This document shows positions 22,701 through 32,059 of a stretch of DNA of 64,000 bases, piece by piece. Position 1 is the stretch's first letter, and each line of letters begins with the position of its first letter. The stretch is from an uncultured candidate division Zixibacteria bacterium (GTDB taxonomy: Bacteria; Zixibacteria; MSB-5A5; UBA10806; 4484-95), in contig CAXXKA010000008.1 of assembly GCA_963668625.2 (NCBI GenBank), positions 640,001 through 704,000 of the forward strand. Direction: 5' to 3'. Below the pieces are notes generated by a model. The model worked only from the letters and a program-made list of their open reading frames with translations. It ran no database searches and was not told the DNA's origin. The translations under genes were made by a program, and so were the position numbers.

Positions 22701-25403
22701 ACTGAGTGTAACCTGATCCTCCTCGACAAAATGATAAAAGCCGACACGGCTATCGGTGAGTTTTTCAGCTTCGTTTAAAGTCTCCTCGAGCAATTCCGGT
22801 AGTGTATGCATCTCGGCGAATTGCAGGAGATGCAACCTGGAGGAGTTAACGGCCGAATTACGTTTTCGCTCGGTTATATCGCGAAGAGTCGATCTGCTGA
22901 AAAGTATAGTATCATCTTCGTCACGCACTGAGGATACGTTCAGGCTGACATCCAGAACCGAGCCGTCTTTTTTCAGAAGCTTCAGTTCTTTATCGATGAT
23001 AGTACCGTTTTCCGTGAATTCATTGAAAGCCTTCTCCACCTCACCAAGGCAGTCGGGATGATAAAAATCGAATACCGGCCGGCCGATTATTTCCGCTTTG
23101 GTATGGCCTAATGTATTTGCGAGCGTGCTATTACAACCCTCGATTAAAGAGGTCCTGGCGTTTACCGTTACATACATGTCTGGTGCATTCTCGTAAAGGT
23201 CTATATACTTCGCCTCCGATTTCCTTAAAGCCCTCTCTGCGTTTTTGCGTTCGGTTATATCCCGGCATACCCCCACCATCCTAACCGCTATGCCATCCTG
23301 CGACCTGGTTATCGCGCCGTTCAAGAGTACCCAACGCGTCTCGCTATTGGGCAACAATATGCGATGTTCAATGAGATAGGTATTTCCCCAGCCGGGTGAT
23401 TCGATAGCCTCCTGTATATGTTTTTGGACCCAGTCTGTATCAGCCGGGTGAATAGCGTCACGGTACGTTTCATACCGACCATCAAAAGTACCCGGTTCCA
23501 GGCCGAATATCTCCTCTATGCGCATATCCAAGACTACATCACCCGTAATAATATTCCATTCCCATACGCCGGATTTTGATCCCTCGAGGGCAAGTTTCAA
23601 CCGGAGTTGAGATTGATTCTTTTCGGTAATATCCCGGCAGGCGCCAATCCATTTCACAATCTTACCGTCTGATTCGATTTGAGGGAGGCCATAGGTTGCC
23701 AGCATACGCCAGCTACCGTTTTTGTGCAATATCCGATACTCATGCTCGATCGCGGCAGTTACGCGCACGCTATTACCGGTTGCTCTTTCCAGAGCCTCCC
23801 GATCAGCCGGATGCATCAGTTTTCGCCACTTATCTATGGTATCCGGAATCTCATCTATTTCATATCCCAGTATATTCTCCAGGCCTCCGTACCAGGTCAG
23901 GGAATTTGTTTTAACGTTCCATTCGTAGATAACATCGGAAACCGCACGGGCGGCCAACCTGAACCGTTTCTCCGCTTGTACTCGCTCGGTGACATCTCTA
24001 TCGATTCCCCGATAGCCGGTGACATCATTGTCGTCATTCAGGATCGGCTCGCCGCTGGATTCCAGGACCACCGGATATCCCGATTTATGAATGAATATAC
24101 TTTTATAATTCATGAAAGGTTTTTTAGCCGTCTTGAATTGATTGAAGTCAACTTTCACTTTTTCGGAATCAGTCGAGGGCATGAACTCGAATGGTGTTTT
24201 GCCGATAATTTCAACTGGCTCATACCCAAGCAAGTCTCTCACCCTCGGGCTGACATAAACGTACACGCCCTCGGAGTCGATTTCCCAGATAGTATCACTC
24301 GTATTTTCGACCAGCGAACGGAACCTCTCCTCCGATTGCATCAATAAATCCTCGGAGTGTTTCTGTTGAGCGATTACCTGTTCGAGTTCGACCGTATATT
24401 TTCTCAGGTTTTCGTGTAGCAGGGCGTTTTGAATACCAATCGATATATGGTTTGCTATGGTTTCCAAAAATATCGAGCGCTCCTTGAAATCGCGGGGAGT
24501 CGACGAGGCTATACCCAGAACACCGATAACATCGGCATCACGTTTTATGGGAATCGCAGCGAAAGATTTCAATCCTGTTCTCTTGCACTCATCCAAAGTG
24601 CATCGTTCGTCCCTGTCGATATCATACGAGTAGATGGTCCTGTCCTCGGAAACCGCCAGGCCGCACAGGCATTCGCCCACTTTATGAACAGGTGTGTTTT
24701 CATGCCGATATTTTTCATTATGTACGTATGAATTTCTCAGCACGAGGTTATGATCTTCTTTCATGAATATCATTATCAAATCGGGTAATAATATTTTATA
24801 AATTCTTCGTGTGGATTCCTGCAGCACTTGTTCCAGTGAAAGAGTCGAATTAACGCGGCGACTTATATCGTTGAGAGAGCTTATCTCATCCAGGCTGTTC
24901 CTCAAGGCTCTTTCGATTTTTTTACGTTCGGTGATATCGCGAAGTATTGCCAGTAAATAGTCCTCCGAGCCGTACCTCACCCGATTGAGATTCACCTCCA
25001 CATCGAATAATGTGCCATTCAGTTTCGTGTGCTGCCATTCGAATAGTATTGTTCCGGTATTGAAAGCTGTGTCGATTCTTTCCAGCGCTCCCTCTTCGGA
25101 GTTGCTACTGTCGAGTTGGTATTCCGGTGAAAACTCGGAGGGCTTTTTATTTATAAGCTGTTCCTTGGTGCAACCGAACATCTCCAGCGCTTTACCGTTG
25201 CAATCGATAAACCGATAATCATCTATGAGAATAATAGCGTCATTGGCCGCCTCGAGAAGTGTAACATAGAAGGCCGCCCTATCATCGGGAACACCCTCGG
25301 GATTAACCAGGCGGGCATTCGTTCGCTCGAGGGTTTTTAGCTGATCCTTCAGGATAGCTAACTCGAGTTCAAGCTTTTCTATCGTTTCCTTGGGGCCTCT
25401 CAT
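16713..25403 (-). CDS. Giant multi-PAS/GAF sigma54-dependent activator (FhlA-like AAA+ and Fis HTH)
   Basis: About 17 PAS/PAC units ending in D(I/V/L)(T/S)xxK-like motifs and 2 GAF; GETGTGKE, ESELFG, GAFTGA, FLDEIG, RVIAATNR, WPGNVR, C-terminal HTH. Confidence 0.95.
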   Translation of the reverse strand: MRGPKETIEKLELELAILKDQLKTLERTNARLVNPEGVPDDRAAFYVTLLEAANDAIILIDDYRFIDCNGKALEMFGCTKEQLINKKPSEFSPEYQLDSSNSEEGALERIDTAFNTGTILFEWQHTKLNGTLFDVEVNLNRVRYGSEDYLLAILRDITERKKIERALRNSLDEISSLNDISRRVNSTLSLEQVLQESTRRIYKILLPDLIMIFMKEDHNLVLRNSYVHNEKYRHENTPVHKVGECLCGLAVSEDRTIYSYDIDRDERCTLDECKRTGLKSFAAIPIKRDADVIGVLGIASSTPRDFKERSIFLETIANHISIGIQNALLHENLRKYTVELEQVIAQQKHSEDLLMQSEERFRSLVENTSDTIWEIDSEGVYVYVSPRVRDLLGYEPVEIIGKTPFEFMPSTDSEKVKVDFNQFKTAKKPFMNYKSIFIHKSGYPVVLESSGEPILNDDNDVTGYRGIDRDVTERVQAEKRFRLAARAVSDVIYEWNVKTNSLTWYGGLENILGYEIDEIPDTIDKWRKLMHPADREALERATGNSVRVTAAIEHEYRILHKNGSWRMLATYGLPQIESDGKIVKWIGACRDITEKNQSQLRLKLALEGSKSGVWEWNIITGDVVLDMRIEEIFGLEPGTFDGRYETYRDAIHPADTDWVQKHIQEAIESPGWGNTYLIEHRILLPNSETRWVLLNGAITRSQDGIAVRMVGVCRDITERKNAERALRKSEAKYIDLYENAPDMYVTVNARTSLIEGCNSTLANTLGHTKAEIIGRPVFDFYHPDCLGEVEKAFNEFTENGTIIDKELKLLKKDGSVLDVSLNVSSVRDEDDTILFSRSTLRDITERKRNSAVNSSRLHLLQFAEMHTLPELLEETLNEAEKLTDSRVGFYHFVEEDQVTLSLQDWSTRTKTEFCTAEGKGLHYDISEAGVWVDCVRELKPVIHNDYASLPHRKGMPEGHAEVIRELVVPVIRGDKIKAILGIGNKPVNYIKQDVEAVSLLANLAWEIAERKIVNEALRTNEAKLREAQQMANLGYWYWDVKSGDVQWSEEVFKIFQLNPDEFTPQIDSILSLSPWPEENKRDQELIQKAIESKNQGSYEQRFLRPDGSIGYYSSTFQGVYDNSGALVSIRGTVQDITQRKAAEQQLLENEENLRITLDSIGDAVISTDINGLIIRMNPVAESLTGWDINEAVGNPLNEVFNICNGKTGEPCQNPVEKVMESGKIIGLANDTILVAKDGSEYQIADSGAPIKDSFDNIVGVVMVFRDVTEKYEQEKRIRKSQEQLSRLMYDLPGAVYQCLNDRNWTMIFYSEGIKDLTGIPPQDFIEGRVQLNDLILPEHRGQVWDNVQKAIQKKESFELVYQIMTIDDEIKWIWEKGQGIFDENGELEMLEGIQIDISDVKLAEKSLDASERLIKEITDNLPSLITFIDKNGRYQFCNASYSKWFNKTKEEILGKTVEEIIGEFIPDSMREQQQKALSGQTVHFYDMVNLPSGEIKHVSVDYIPAKNEKGELEGFYSLVNDLTGLHEAEEAVRESEERYRLAQQVSGIGTWEWNIEENTIFWSDEVLETWGLKSEGFKGTLEEVAGSIHPDDLEYWQENVRASVEDGKEHNIEMRVIWPDKSIHWVAVYGDAERDKNGKAKRLIGVVMDITERKLAEQELRQSRQALDNAQKLAHLGSWEIDVITGEIIGTDELYLIYGFEPGDPAFDKDTLRDHVHPNDIAYMDEIREKLVKGETVDFEHRIVMPDGEIRYVWGRGMPRLDSSGKPMTLIGTIMDITERKLAELALIENREMLAQSQKIAHVGSFYRDLSTGILKWSDEAYKILGYEPGEIEPDMKFFMSAIHPDDREKFLEIDRNVQKENTHFKREYRIIRKDGEVRYLNAEVYPASNEAGEVVAQYGVVQDITERKQAEIDLLTSYQTSADMIRKIQIGFFIYEYQAPDKLILRSANPEAIRLTGIDIEKMAGKEFDEVWINAREEGLTDIYMDAARTGKMLEIEDGYYRDDRIAGYYRVRAFRIPGDKLAVSFEDITKVKTAERRIKAERDKAQQYLDIAETVLVAISSDGIINLINKKGCSLLGYTEEELMGTNWFDTVIPEEQIEQVKSVFEDIMEGRIEAYAYFENHVKTKDNDQRLVAWHNTYLKDQNGKITGTLSSGEDITERRKAEDALKAEKDFVSRLNETSPIGIVTMNTGGEIIFANEMAEYILGLERDKVMKLKYNSPEWRITDCEGNPFPEEDLPFNKVLRTKETVFDIEHCIQHGDGKLMYLSINATPLLNDNGEVESIIAIISDVTDRKKAEKQTRESEERFRLVAETIRDVFWLESVDTKDIIYISPEYDNIWGRPRLNLEKSPNEWIEAIHPDDRERTLIFVSAQMEEGNSYSHEYRVVQPDGNVRWIHERGFPIKDDGGKVTMYAGICSDLTRRKKAEEEIQRSKARIESIFRAAPIGIGLVSNRQILSANEFLCEMTGYANEEMVGKNTEFLYPSHYEYEWVGEKQEKQLDKKGIGTVETKWRCKNGDIIDILLCVAPVDTRDLLGGVTFAALDITQRKRDEEELKNAYAEIEALKNRLEQENIYLQKEIELEHNFHEIIGSSKSLQKALHKVEQVAGTDSTVFILGETGTGKELFARAIHNLSNRRNRPLVKVNCAALPATLIESELFGYEKGAFTGAVSRREGRFDLANGGTIFLDEIGDIPVDLQVKLLRVLQESEFERLGGTKTVKVDVRVIAATNRDLDKAVEDGKFRLDLYHRLNVFPIFVPPLRERHDDIPILVKHFNEKYCQKIGKKIDKIPKNIMTRLQEYDWPGNVRGLENVIERAVIISKGNQLDLGEWETKAFVKVSPSHISSLEELEREHILKTLKITNWKVSGKDGAAQILKIKPTTLEARMKKLGIKRPS

Positions 25404-25587
25404 GTATGCACCTCTTCAATTTATTGAGCCAATTTTCCGATATTATCAGGAACGCATTTTCCCCCTGTCGACAAAATCTAAATAAATGACTAAATATAAA
25501 TACCTGGTATAAATGATAATTATAATATTAATTTCAAATCTCCTCAGTTCCCTTTAAAAGGCAAATATTTTGCCCCGACCTTTTTTA

Positions 25588-26916
25588 TTATTTAATCAAT
25601 ACCAGCGCCTTTCTCTCATTCCCGGATGATGAAATTAACTCGTAATAGTATACGCCGCTGGATAGTCCGGAAGCATTGAAAGCGATATAATGTACACCCG
25701 GTTGATAAAGGCCATCAGCGGCGGTCGCTATTTTTCTTCCCAGCGAATCGTATATCTCCATCCTGATATAATCTTTTTTCGGCAGGTCGAACCTGATAGT
25801 GGTTTCGACATTGAAAGGATTCGGGTAGTTTTGATATAAAACAACCCTATCGGGCAATGCACGATCGGTAAAGTCATCTATTGAGGTCTGCTCCAATTCG
25901 ATAATTTCAACCTGTTCGAGATCGTCTTGTCCCAATCCGAGTCTTACTGCTCTCTCAATTGTCGGCTCGATCCACTCGGGATCGAAAGTCTCATCATATT
26001 GGGAAAGCAATTGCGCGCAGTAACAATCGACCGCTATTATATCGCCCCCCAGGATAACTTTGCCGCAATCCCTGATCTCACCACCATGGCTTCTGAGCGG
26101 CCCGTTTATGGCCATCACCTGGCGAGCATCAACGATTGTCAACTCGGGATTAACCAATCCGGCCATTTCCGAAAGCGTGGTCAGAAATTCATACGAACGA
26201 TCATTGAAGTTATGAAGATACCCGCGGGTCTCCTGTCGGTTCGGGCCCGCTACCGCTCCCACATGATGTTTGATTGCGCATGTCATATAACCTGCGTAGT
26301 GACGCTTTAGCGCGCAGAGATTTATCAATACCGGAGTATCGTAAATATCCGACCAAACCTTGAAATCCGGCACTTCCGAATCCCAGCTATTCCGTCTGAC
26401 ATTATAGGTATCCTCGAATAAAAGCAGGTTAGCGCCGGCCCCGGTAACCGCCTCCTCGATTCCCAAATAATCGTAAATATATTGGTTATCGGAGCCCCCG
26501 GAATCCCCGACATTTATAACGCCCGAGGAAACAGCTCTCACGGCTTCAATCGTTGATACGACTGAGTCGACATCCGAAGTAGTAGGATATGCCTCGGGAT
26601 ATACGCAATTAGGTTTAATAAGTACACTCTGGTTACTATCAACGAGCCGATCCAATCCACCCAGCGCCGCCAATCCGGTTTGAAGCATACGTTGATAATT
26701 ATCACCTGAAACACAAACTACAATAGGACGGCCATCTGTTGTCACGTAGGGATTGGGTATACGTTGGCGGGGTTCCAGAGTGGCCGGAGAGGCATTCAAT
26801 AACTTGCTAAAAGGATAAAAAGAGAGAAAAGAGGCAGTACTACTTAAAAGCCTTTTAATGAATCGACGTCTATCAATTGTCGACTTAAGCATAGGATATC
26901 CTTTTTTCATTAACAT
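25588..26916 (-). CDS. DUF362 protein with Tat signal and C-terminal YPNPFN sorting domain
   Basis: DRRRFIK Tat motif; VLIKPN, LKRH..MTCAIKHHVG, DIIAVD; LYQNYPNPFN...LSSGVYYY; start may be 26892. Confidence 0.8.
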   Translation of the reverse strand: MLMKKGYPMLKSTIDRRRFIKRLLSSTASFLSFYPFSKLLNASPATLEPRQRIPNPYVTTDGRPIVVCVSGDNYQRMLQTGLAALGGLDRLVDSNQSVLIKPNCVYPEAYPTTSDVDSVVSTIEAVRAVSSGVINVGDSGGSDNQYIYDYLGIEEAVTGAGANLLLFEDTYNVRRNSWDSEVPDFKVWSDIYDTPVLINLCALKRHYAGYMTCAIKHHVGAVAGPNRQETRGYLHNFNDRSYEFLTTLSEMAGLVNPELTIVDARQVMAINGPLRSHGGEIRDCGKVILGGDIIAVDCYCAQLLSQYDETFDPEWIEPTIERAVRLGLGQDDLEQVEIIELEQTSIDDFTDRALPDRVVLYQNYPNPFNVETTIRFDLPKKDYIRMEIYDSLGRKIATAADGLYQPGVHYIAFNASGLSSGVYYYELISSSGNERKALVLIK

Positions 26917-27044
26917 ACAACGGATATGTCTGATATTAGTATAACATGTTAAACAGGGAGTAGCAAGAATTTAATATAACATTGTCTTCGATATAAACCA
27001 GATTAACCTTGCAGAATATTAAATGAGTTTCTATTTTCCAAAAC

Positions 27045-28382
27045 ATGGAGCTATTCGATAAAAAGAAATCATCCGAGAAACCGAAACCGCCTTTAGCAGA
27101 TAGAATCAGGCCACAAAGCCTCGAGGAATTCGTCGGCCAGGAGCAAATATTAGCGCCGGGCAAACCTCTGTACGAGTCGATAACTGAGGATCGTGTTGGT
27201 TCTATAATACTCTGGGGACCTCCCGGCACCGGTAAAACGACCTTGGCTCGGCTGGTCGCAAAATATTCAAAGGCGGAATTCGAACCGTTCTCGGCGGTGA
27301 TATCAGGAATAAAAGAGATTAAAGGCGTAATAACCCAGGCTAAAAGACGACTCGATTTTGACGGCCGTTCAACCATTTTATTCATCGATGAGATACATCG
27401 CTTCAATAAAGCTCAACAGGATGCTTTCCTGCCGCATGTCGAGGCCGGCACGATAAGTTTGATAGGCGCTACCACGGAAAATCCTTCATTCGAGGTGATC
27501 TCGGCGCTTCTCTCCAGATGTCGTGTATATGTTTTAAATCAGCTCACTGACACTGACATAGCCACGATTCTCAACCGGGCGGCCTCCGATAGCGAACGTG
27601 GCCTCGGTGAGATGAAACTCCGATTCGAGGACAACGCGATTGACCATCTGGCCGGGATGGCCGGTGGCGATGCTCGTATGGCGCTTAATTTGATCGAGTT
27701 CGTAGCCGAAACGGTTGACCCCGATGATGAAGGTATGCGCCTGGTGACGATTGAGATAATTAACGATGCCGTACAGAAAAAATCACTGCTTTACGATAAG
27801 CAGGGTGATCAGCATTTCAACTTGATCTCCGCCTTGCATAAATCGCTGCGAGCCTCGGATGCCGACGCCGCATTGTACTGGTTGTATCGCATGATGACCG
27901 CCGGTGAGGACGCGCTCTATATTATCCGGCGAATGATTCGTTTCGCCATCGAGGATATCGGCCTGGCCGATCCGCGCGCGCTCCAGATTGCTTTAGCCGC
28001 CAAAGACACCTACCATTTCCTCGGCTCGCCCGAGGGTGATATTGCCCTGGGACAGGCGGCGGTTTACCTGGCGCTGGCGCCGAAATCAAACTCGGTATAT
28101 AACGCCGAGAAGACCGCGAAAAAATTCATCGAGAACAACCCCGACTACCCGGTGCCTATTCAGATAAGAAACGCGCCTACCGGCTTGATGAAAGATTTAG
28201 GCTATGGCCGGGATTACAAATACGCGCACGATTACGATGACGCATTCGCCTACATGGAATACCTTCCCGATGAGATAGCCGGCAGACGGTTTTACCATCC
28301 CACCGACAGGGGCCTGGAAAACAAGCTGAAAGAGAAACTCGAATGGTGGCTGAGAAAGATGGCGGAGGAGAGAAGGAAGTAG
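27045..28382 (+). CDS. rarA: Replication-associated recombination protein A
   Basis: [50 protein letters not shown]. Confidence 0.95.
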   Translation: MELFDKKKSSEKPKPPLADRIRPQSLEEFVGQEQILAPGKPLYESITEDRVGSIILWGPPGTGKTTLARLVAKYSKAEFEPFSAVISGIKEIKGVITQAKRRLDFDGRSTILFIDEIHRFNKAQQDAFLPHVEAGTISLIGATTENPSFEVISALLSRCRVYVLNQLTDTDIATILNRAASDSERGLGEMKLRFEDNAIDHLAGMAGGDARMALNLIEFVAETVDPDDEGMRLVTIEIINDAVQKKSLLYDKQGDQHFNLISALHKSLRASDADAALYWLYRMMTAGEDALYIIRRMIRFAIEDIGLADPRALQIALAAKDTYHFLGSPEGDIALGQAAVYLALAPKSNSVYNAEKTAKKFIENNPDYPVPIQIRNAPTGLMKDLGYGRDYKYAHDYDDAFAYMEYLPDEIAGRRFYHPTDRGLENKLKEKLEWWLRKMAEERRK

Positions 28383-28387
28383 AAATC

Positions 28388-29440
28388 ATGTCGAAACGTA
28401 AATTGAATAAACTGTTAAAACGTGCGGTTAATCTTCCCCATGGTTTCGATCTCGCACGCTACACCTTCAATAAAATCCAAAGCACGAATTTCAAACTGGC
28501 TAAATCGCTGAAAGTCTCTAACCCCTCATCGGTAATGATAGAATTAACCAACCTATGCAATTTAAAATGTATTACCTGCGCCAGAGAATACGAATACGGC
28601 GCAGCCATGAAAAAAGGCATGATGGACTTCGGCCTGTTTACGAAAATAGTCGATCAGCTATATCCATACGTCGATTCGATAGGCTTGACCGGCCTGGGAG
28701 AGACACTGCTTTATAAAAAACTGGTTGATGCCGTTAAATATATTCGAGACAAGAGCAATGGCATTATTATCTTTATCTCGACCAACGCTCATGTTAACGG
28801 CATAGAGGAAATCATAACTCCGCTTGCAGGTCAAATCGATACGCTGCAAATTTCCATAGACGGCGTAGGTGACATATACGACTCTATAAGGAGCAAAGCC
28901 GATTTCGATTATTTACATACCAATCTGAATAGAATCACGAAAATCGTATCGGGTACGCCAACGGACTTGATGTTCAATGCCGTAATTTTCGAAAAGAATT
29001 ATCACCAGATGAAAGACTTGGTTGAGTTGGCGTCATCTCTTGAAGTAAAGTATCTTTATTTCAATACCATGAACTTGGTTTCCACCGATTGGGATACCGG
29101 TAATTATGAGTTTTATGGAACCGAGCGATTTAAGACCGAACTTAAAGCGGCGCAAAAGCTAGCCCTGGCCAAAGGTATTGAACTTTCAACATTCGATTTT
29201 AATACTCCCCCCGGTTTCAGGAAATGCGGCTTCCCCTGGAATCATTTCTACATTAGCTGGGATGGTTATGTGGTACCTTGCTGTGCCAAACCATTTCCAC
29301 TCGAGATGAATTTCGGTAATGTTAATGATAAACCGCTATTGAGCTGCTTGAATAGCGAAAGCTTTCAAGATTTCCGAAAATTATGGCAACAAAATATCAC
29401 CCCGGATTTTTGCAAAAAATGTCATATGACGGAGTTGTAA
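28388..29440 (+). CDS. Radical SAM protein with SPASM/twitch domain
   Basis: CNLKCITC; C-terminal CGFPW...VVPCC...FGN...CKKC. Confidence 0.88.
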   Translation: MSKRKLNKLLKRAVNLPHGFDLARYTFNKIQSTNFKLAKSLKVSNPSSVMIELTNLCNLKCITCAREYEYGAAMKKGMMDFGLFTKIVDQLYPYVDSIGLTGLGETLLYKKLVDAVKYIRDKSNGIIIFISTNAHVNGIEEIITPLAGQIDTLQISIDGVGDIYDSIRSKADFDYLHTNLNRITKIVSGTPTDLMFNAVIFEKNYHQMKDLVELASSLEVKYLYFNTMNLVSTDWDTGNYEFYGTERFKTELKAAQKLALAKGIELSTFDFNTPPGFRKCGFPWNHFYISWDGYVVPCCAKPFPLEMNFGNVNDKPLLSCLNSESFQDFRKLWQQNITPDFCKKCHMTEL

Positions 29441-29459
29441 TGTAAGGAGTCCGGTTACG

Positions 29460-29960
29460 ATGCCAATAAAACCGATCCTTCAACTCGGCAATCCCGATCT
29501 CTACAGAACCAGTGAGTTAATCGATCACCTGGAGCTCGAGAGTATTAAAACCGTAGTTTCCGATCTTCACGATACCATGATGAATTTCCGTGCTCGCTAT
29601 GGAGTAGGCAGGGCTATAGCCGCGCCACAAATAGGCGTGTTCAAACGTCTGGTGTATGAGCATATCGACTCACCGAAGGTGTACATCAACCCGATATTGT
29701 ATGGCGGCAGTGATGAGCAAATTGAGCTCTGGGATGAATGCATGAGTTTCCCCGAGTTACTGGTAAGGGTCAAACGTCACAAAACGATTCGTATCACCTA
29801 TCTTGATCTTTGCTGGCAGGAGCATAGTGAATTGCTGGAGAGCGATCTATCCGAGCTACTGCAGCACGAGGTCGACCATCTCGACGGCATCCTGGCGATA
29901 AAGCGAGCGATAAACCATCAGGCGTTCGCGTTAAAAAGCAGGCAAGAGCCGATTGGCTAA
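29460..29960 (+). CDS. def: Peptide deformylase
   Basis: AIAAPQIG, DECMS (EGCLS variant), QHEVDHLDG. Confidence 0.88.
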   Translation: MPIKPILQLGNPDLYRTSELIDHLELESIKTVVSDLHDTMMNFRARYGVGRAIAAPQIGVFKRLVYEHIDSPKVYINPILYGGSDEQIELWDECMSFPELLVRVKRHKTIRITYLDLCWQEHSELLESDLSELLQHEVDHLDGILAIKRAINHQAFALKSRQEPIG

Positions 29961-30090
29961 CATCACCTGTAGTTGCGAATATCCATTGTATTTCCCAGTT
30001 ATTCTGTGTGGAAAACGTGTTGACTATTTGTGGTTGCACTCTCGTTTCTTTTCTCGTAATATACCACCACGCAAAACAGGAGTACAGTTC

Positions 30091-31335
30091 ATGGCAAGTA
30101 ATCTGAAAAATAAAAATATACTAATCGGTATCTCAGGCGGTATTGCCGCTTTTAAAATTTGCGAATTGTTACGGATGTTTGCCAAGGAGGGGGCATCCGT
30201 ACGTATCGTAATGACCGAGGCGGCAACGAAATTCGTCACACCACTGACATTCTCGGCGCTGGGCGCAGAATCGGTCTCCACCAGCATGTGGGATCCGGCC
30301 CGTGACAGCCTCGAGCATGTTAACTGGGCGGATTGGGCTGATCTTTTCATAGTGGCCCCGGCTACCGCCGATATTATCGCCAAGATGGCCGCCGGCATCG
30401 CCGATGATGTATTATCCACCCAGATACTGGCTTATGACGGCCCCAAACTGATCGTGCCGGCGATGAATGTCAAGATGTGGCGTAATTTCGCCACCAGGAG
30501 AAATGTCAACGAGCTGGCGGATCATGGGCACGAATTCATCGGCCCCACCAAGGGACATCTGGCAAGCCTGATAACGGCCGAGGGCAGGATGGTCGAGCCA
30601 TCCGAGATATACGATAAGGCCATAGCCATGCTATCGGTGGCGAAAACACCTGCCGGTAATACCTCCGGTGACTTGTCGCGCAACCGTATCCTTATCACGG
30701 CCGGCCCGACACTCGAACCGCTCGATCCGGTCCGGTTCATCTCCAACAGGTCATCAGGCAAGATGGGCTACTCTATCGCGGAGGCGGCGGCAGGTCGCGG
30801 CGCCAGAGTTACGCTTATCTCCGGGCCTACAGCTCTCGAAAAACCCGCCGGCGTCGATCTAATCCCGATCGAAACGGCCGACCAGATGATGAAAGCGATG
30901 CTGGCTAAATATCGCTATATCGATACGATCATCATGGCCGCCGCGGTTGCCGACTACAAGCCTAAAGTTTTCAGCCGTCAGAAAATTAAGAAAACCGATA
31001 CCGAGCTCTCACTGGATTTGAAACAAAATCCCGACATCATTCGAGAGCTAAGTAGAAAGCGCGGTCGCAAGGTACTGGTAGGGTTCGCTCTAGAAACAGA
31101 AAACCTCGAGGCCGCCGCTAAAAGAAAAATGCTCGATAAAAAGCTCGATATGATAGTTGCTAATAATCCGACACAAAAAGGCATCGAATTCGGTTCGGAC
31201 AACAACCGGGCGACTATCTTTATCAAGGGCAAGCAGATGATCAAACTGGATACTATGCCCAAAGAAGAGCTGGCGAATATCATCCTCGATGAAGTAGTAA
31301 AGATTCACAAAAGTATCAAAGGCAAACGTAAATAA
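30091..31335 (+). CDS. coaBC: Phosphopantothenoylcysteine decarboxylase/ligase
   Basis: GISGGIAAFK, APATAD, PAMN, TAGPT.E.LDPVRFISNRSSGKMG, AAAVAD, VGFALET; AGGAG RBS before ATG 30091. Confidence 0.95.
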   Translation: MASNLKNKNILIGISGGIAAFKICELLRMFAKEGASVRIVMTEAATKFVTPLTFSALGAESVSTSMWDPARDSLEHVNWADWADLFIVAPATADIIAKMAAGIADDVLSTQILAYDGPKLIVPAMNVKMWRNFATRRNVNELADHGHEFIGPTKGHLASLITAEGRMVEPSEIYDKAIAMLSVAKTPAGNTSGDLSRNRILITAGPTLEPLDPVRFISNRSSGKMGYSIAEAAAGRGARVTLISGPTALEKPAGVDLIPIETADQMMKAMLAKYRYIDTIIMAAAVADYKPKVFSRQKIKKTDTELSLDLKQNPDIIRELSRKRGRKVLVGFALETENLEAAAKRKMLDKKLDMIVANNPTQKGIEFGSDNNRATIFIKGKQMIKLDTMPKEELANIILDEVVKIHKSIKGKRK

Positions 31336-32057
31336 TGTACGACAACGTGCAATCTTTAATCCATCGCTTCCTGCAACAGCGGGCGGAGATGGGTGAAAAA
31401 GCAGTTTATAAACCTTTTGATTCCGAAATGCCACAGGTTCAAATAATGCAAGAACAACCGATTGAAAGCTCGAAATCAAGTATCGAATATTTTATCGATA
31501 CGAAAACGCTAGAGCAACTTTACGACACTATTCACGATTGTAAAAAATGCGCGCTGGGCGATTCGCGCAACAAGTTCGTGTTCGGGGCGGGCAATCCTGA
31601 CGCCGATATCATGTTCGTCGGCGAGGCCCCCGGAGCCGAGGAGGACAGGCTGGGCATACCGTTCGTGGGACGCGCCGGCAAACTACTCGATAAGATTTTA
31701 GCGGCGATGGAGCTATCTCGTGATGATGTCTATATCGCCAACATACTCAAATGCCGTCCGCCACAAAACCGCGATCCTCAACCCGAGGAGGCACAAACCT
31801 GTGAGCCGTACCTTCACCAGCAAATAAAGCTGATCAAGCCGAAAATTATCTGTTGCCTGGGAAGGATATCAGCCCAACGCCTTCTGCAAACGAATATGAG
31901 CCTGGCCAAGATGCGCGATATCTGGTTCGATTACCAGGGGACGTTGCTGATGGTTACTTACCATCCGGCGGCGCTGCTGCGTAACCCCAATTTTAAACGC
32001 CCCACCTGGGAAGACATGAAGAAAATGATGGCGAAATTGAAGGAGTTAAGTGACTGA
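31335..32057 (+). CDS. Family-4 uracil-DNA glycosylase (4Fe-4S)
   Basis: [38 protein letters not shown]. Confidence 0.93.
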   Translation: MYDNVQSLIHRFLQQRAEMGEKAVYKPFDSEMPQVQIMQEQPIESSKSSIEYFIDTKTLEQLYDTIHDCKKCALGDSRNKFVFGAGNPDADIMFVGEAPGAEEDRLGIPFVGRAGKLLDKILAAMELSRDDVYIANILKCRPPQNRDPQPEEAQTCEPYLHQQIKLIKPKIICCLGRISAQRLLQTNMSLAKMRDIWFDYQGTLLMVTYHPAALLRNPNFKRPTWEDMKKMMAKLKELSD

Positions 32058-32059
32058 CG

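Noticed and set aside
16842-25218. Many plus-strand ORFs opposite the giant activator, and similar antisense ORFs elsewhere
   Set aside because: Shadow ORFs of well-supported genes with no recognisable motifs
29953-30090. 46-aa N-terminal extension of CoaBC, and similarly 28343-28387 for the radical SAM protein
   Set aside because: Upstream non-ATG starts overlap neighbouring genes; downstream ATGs fit the family N-termini or RBS better
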